This document shows positions 60,195 through 63,001 of a stretch of 63,001 nt of DNA, piece by piece. The translations under genes were made by a program, and so were the position numbers. The notes beneath the pieces were generated by a model. It was not told the origin of the DNA. It made no database searches and saw nothing but the letters and a program-made list of their open reading frames with translations. The stretch is from assembly GCA_964558005.1 (NCBI GenBank), contig CAZLCO010000004.1, positions 1 through 63,001 on the forward strand, read 5' to 3'. Position 1 is the first letter of the stretch; each line of letters opens with the position of its first letter. Source of the stretch: an uncultured Gammaproteobacteria bacterium. GTDB lineage: Bacteria; Cyanobacteriota; Vampirovibrionia; Gastranaerophilales; UBA9971.

Positions 60195-61042
60195 ATTATA
60201 ATATTTGTATGGGATATAAAATTATTTCTAAAAAAGAACTCAGCTCGAACCTTTATGAAATAAAGGTAGATGCTCCATATGTGGTAAAAAACGCCGAAGC
60301 AGGCCAGTTCATTATCCTGCGGGTAGATGAAGAAGGCGAGCGGGTACCCCTGACCATAGCTGATGTTGATAAGGAAAAAAGCGAACTTACTATGGTATTT
60401 ATGGCAGTTGGTTTTTCCACAAAAAAGCTGGCTCAATTAGAAGCCGGGCAGGAAATACAAGATTTAGCGGGGCCGTTGGGAGTGCCCACAGAAATAAAAA
60501 ACTACGGAACAGTAGTCTGTGTAGCTGGCGGGTACGGCGCAGCACCGGCTTATTTAATAGCAAAAGCATTTAAGCAGGCAGGAAACAAGGTTTATATAAT
60601 AGTAGGCGCAAGAAATAAAGAGCTTATTTTCTGGCAGGAAAGAATGAAATCAGTAAGCGATGAGTATTTTATCACCACTGACGACGGTTCGCTGGGCAGG
60701 AAAGGACTGGTTACTCATCAACTTGAAGAACTTATAGCCAGGGAAAAAATTGACCACGTAATGGCCATAGGGCCTGTGCCAATGATGAAGGCGGTTGCTG
60801 ATTTAACGAGGGAAAAAGCTATTTACACAGTTGTAAGCATGAACACACTTATGGTTGATGGAACCGGGATGTGTGGCTCATGCCGACTGACTGTTGACGG
60901 CAGGGTCAAGTTTGCCTGCGTGGACGGTCCTGATTTTGACGCTCATAAAGTTGATTTTGATGAAGTTATCCGTAGAACGTCAGCGTACAAGGGACACGAG
61001 AAACGCTTTGACGATAACCATTGCAGGTTATCGTCAATATAG
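60191..61042 (+). CDS. NfnA/SudB-like ferredoxin-NADP reductase subunit
   Basis: GQFIILRVDEEGERVPLTI, GPLG, AGGYG, MVDGTGMCGSCR, CVDGPDF. Confidence 0.92.
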   Translation: MNYNICMGYKIISKKELSSNLYEIKVDAPYVVKNAEAGQFIILRVDEEGERVPLTIADVDKEKSELTMVFMAVGFSTKKLAQLEAGQEIQDLAGPLGVPTEIKNYGTVVCVAGGYGAAPAYLIAKAFKQAGNKVYIIVGARNKELIFWQERMKSVSDEYFITTDDGSLGRKGLVTHQLEELIAREKIDHVMAIGPVPMMKAVADLTREKAIYTVVSMNTLMVDGTGMCGSCRLTVDGRVKFACVDGPDFDAHKVDFDEVIRRTSAYKGHEKRFDDNHCRLSSI

Positions 61043-61050
61043 TTTTATGT

Positions 61051-61473
61051 TTAAGTAGCTATAACAGTAACAGCATCAGCTGCTTTTTCTGTTGCTTTTT
61101 CACCACCCTCTTTGGCGGCTTTGGCGGTGCCGTTCCATTTGCCTTTAAACCATTTGATCACGTTATCATAGTTATCGGAAATTTTCTGGCTTATATTTCT
61201 GGCGGAGCCTTTCCAGCCCTGAGCATCACCGGCTATTTTAACGCCCCACTTTTTCGCTCCAATTACCAGAGCGGTAGTGGCTAAAGCAATTCCTGCTATC
61301 CATTTCAGTAATGAATGTTTTTTCTCTTTCCTGCCATACAGCTTTTCTTCAAAGCTCAATGAGGCGGGGTTACCCTGAGCCGGCATATTGGCCATTTGCA
61401 TCGGGCCTAAGTCCACTTTTTGCCAATTTATTCCGAGTCCTGGTGTTGCCTGACTTCCTACTGGTGCTACCAT
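61051..61473 (-). CDS. Hypothetical single-TM protein
   Basis: GGGGAAG RBS; KKHSLLKWIAGIALATTALVIGAKK. Confidence 0.7.
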   Translation of the reverse strand: MVAPVGSQATPGLGINWQKVDLGPMQMANMPAQGNPASLSFEEKLYGRKEKKHSLLKWIAGIALATTALVIGAKKWGVKIAGDAQGWKGSARNISQKISDNYDNVIKWFKGKWNGTAKAAKEGGEKATEKAADAVTVIAT

Positions 61474-61655
61474 ATTACTTCCCCTTTTTTAGAATTACTT
61501 TATTAGTTTTAACTGATTTTATAAAACTTGTGATTAATTAAAATTTCTCTTTTTAGGCGAATTTTAATTTAAAATGTTACATTTCTTAACTAATGAATGG
61601 AAATCACAGGTATAGTGTTTCTTTAAAATAATTAGGAAATAAAAAAATAAAACGT

Positions 61656-61743
61656 CGCATGTCATTCTGAGGAGCGAAGCGACGTGAGAATCTTATCAGA
61701 GTTAAAAAGATTCTTCGGGCCGATGCCCTCAGAATGACATGCG
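61656..61743. repeat. TGTCA...TGACA-type palindromic element, longer variant
   Basis: 17-bp perfect terminal IR CGCATGTCATTCTGAGG/CCTCAGAATGACATGCG. Confidence 0.8.
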
Positions 61744-61746
61744 GAC

Positions 61747-61826
61747 AAAATCCGTTTAAAAATCCTTCAAAATTTGCTCAAAATCGGGCAAAATTTGGTC
61801 AAAAACAGTCAAAATTTGCTTAAAAT
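61747..61826. other. Helically phased A-tracts (probable intrinsically bent DNA)
   Basis: A4-5 tracts ending at 61750, 61762, 61772, 61783, 61793, 61805, 61814, 61825. Confidence 0.7.
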
Positions 61827-62045
61827 TACCCCTTTTTTAACCAAAAATCCCAAAAAATAACCCCCAAAAAACCAAAAAAAACAATAAAACAACAAGGAAA
61901 TAACCAGGAAAAAACCCTAAAATATCCCCCACTGCCCCCCTAAACTAAGGAAAAATTTGCCCTGAAAACAACTGAAAACCTTAAAAACACCTATTCAGCT
62001 CAATCTTCAAAACTCGCTCCACGCAAACTTTTTCCGCTCCGGCAC

Positions 62046-62074
62046 TTGAAAAACTTATCATGATATGGTATAAT
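62046..62074 (+). promoter_or_regulatory. Near-consensus sigma70 promoter with extended -10, facing the nadK 3' end
   Basis: TTGAAA-N17-TATAAT with TGn immediately upstream of the -10. Confidence 0.65.
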
Positions 62075-62147
62075 GTAATTGATAGAAAAAATAAAAATTA
62101 AATTACGAATGTGAATTTTAAAAAAAATAAAAAATCTATATCGGAAA

Positions 62148-62978
62148 TTAATTAAACGGACAAATGCCCCAGTGCAGCTTCTCTCTTAAAACGCTGTAAA
62201 ACCCGTTATCCTTGTTTTTCAAGGAAACAATCCTCGCCTTGTAATCATTTTTTGTTATGGATATTGCCTTTGAGCTTTCGGTCTTAAGGTTTTCCTGCCC
62301 GTCATGGGTGATATAGATAAAGTCGGAATTTATATTTACTCTGACCTCTATCTTTTCGCTGCTTGGTACGACTATAGGCCTTGTGGTGAGTGAATGTGGG
62401 CATATTGGCACAATAACGAACGCCTCCAGCTCTGGTACAACGACCGGCCCGCCCGCTGATAACGTATAAGCGGTTGAGCCTGTGGGGGTCGAGATAATTA
62501 GCCCGTCGGCAAGATAGTCACATACATGTTTGCCGTTGATATACAGGAATAGCTGGGCTGTACGGGAGATTTCCCCGCCTTTTATGACTATGTCGTTTAA
62601 TGCTGTGGCGTATTCTGACTTAATCATAAGCCTTTCGTCAATGCTATATTCATTATTAATAATTTTTTCAATACCAGCTTCCATATGCTCCGGCTTTAAC
62701 TGGGATAAAAAGCCCAACCTGCCTGTGTTTATACCCAGTAGCGGTATTCCATGCGGAGAAAGATATCTTGCGCTGCCGAGAAACGTCCCGTCGCCACCTA
62801 TAATGAAAGATATGTCTATATTTGTGTCTATTGCAGGGGTGTCTTTTTTGCCGGATATTTTATATTTAGTTACGATGGACGCCCCTTTTTGAATAAGCAG
62901 CGTTTCCAGCGTGTCGGCAACGGCTTCCGCTGCTTCGTGCTCTATATTATAGATTATACCTGCTTTAGAGATTTTCAT
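62148..62978 (-). CDS. nadK: NAD(+) kinase
   Basis: GGDGTFL, GINTGRLGFL, ALNDIV, DGLIISTPTGSTAYTLSAGGP; ATG 62978 preferred. Confidence 0.97.
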   Translation of the reverse strand: MKISKAGIIYNIEHEAAEAVADTLETLLIQKGASIVTKYKISGKKDTPAIDTNIDISFIIGGDGTFLGSARYLSPHGIPLLGINTGRLGFLSQLKPEHMEAGIEKIINNEYSIDERLMIKSEYATALNDIVIKGGEISRTAQLFLYINGKHVCDYLADGLIISTPTGSTAYTLSAGGPVVVPELEAFVIVPICPHSLTTRPIVVPSSEKIEVRVNINSDFIYITHDGQENLKTESSKAISITKNDYKARIVSLKNKDNGFYSVLREKLHWGICPFN

Positions 62979-63001
62979 GGGCCCTGTCCACAACTTCCTT
63001 G

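Noticed and set aside
61480-62140. Chromosomal oriC in the long AT/skewed intergenic region
   Set aside because: No TTATCCACA DnaA boxes seen and no dnaA-type gene context.

Overview
AT-rich bacterial window, probably from a non-photosynthetic cyanobacterial sister lineage (Melainabacteria/Vampirovibrionia). This is an inference from cyanobacteria-like genes (SLH-porin, LdpA-like, Ycf45-like, HEAT, pentapeptide, Tic20-like) occurring beside fermentative enzymes (2-oxoacid:ferredoxin oxidoreductase, ADP-forming acetate-CoA ligase, NfnA-like). Bases 1-9673 are the right part of a phage-satellite-like element integrated at tRNA-Asn(GTT). It carries a PEP-CTERM remnant, a TerS-like gene, a SEC-C/PD-(D/E)XK cargo gene, a primase-helicase, an iteron origin and a large serine recombinase that reads into the tRNA. 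The rest is mostly housekeeping (amtB-glnB, mutL, queD, argF, dapF, rpsF-ssb-rpsR, uppP, folE2, kdsA, nadK) mixed with lineage-specific orphans. Top leads: (1) a flagellar-type export cluster (FliM/N fusion lacking the CheY-binding motif, fliO, signal-less fliP, extended fliQ, fliR) with a Tad-secretin-type N-domain gene inserted, possibly an independently evolved injectisome-like system; (2) an unannotated Gln/Asn-rich leader peptide plus terminator upstream of the porin-amtB-glnB operon, a candidate nitrogen-sensing attenuator; (3) tandem paralogs sharing an M(G/S)FLKEKRGxxxRAEFL leader, and a GCAATT-N19-TATATA promoter motif seen three times. All family assignments are by motif recognition only; no searches were run.
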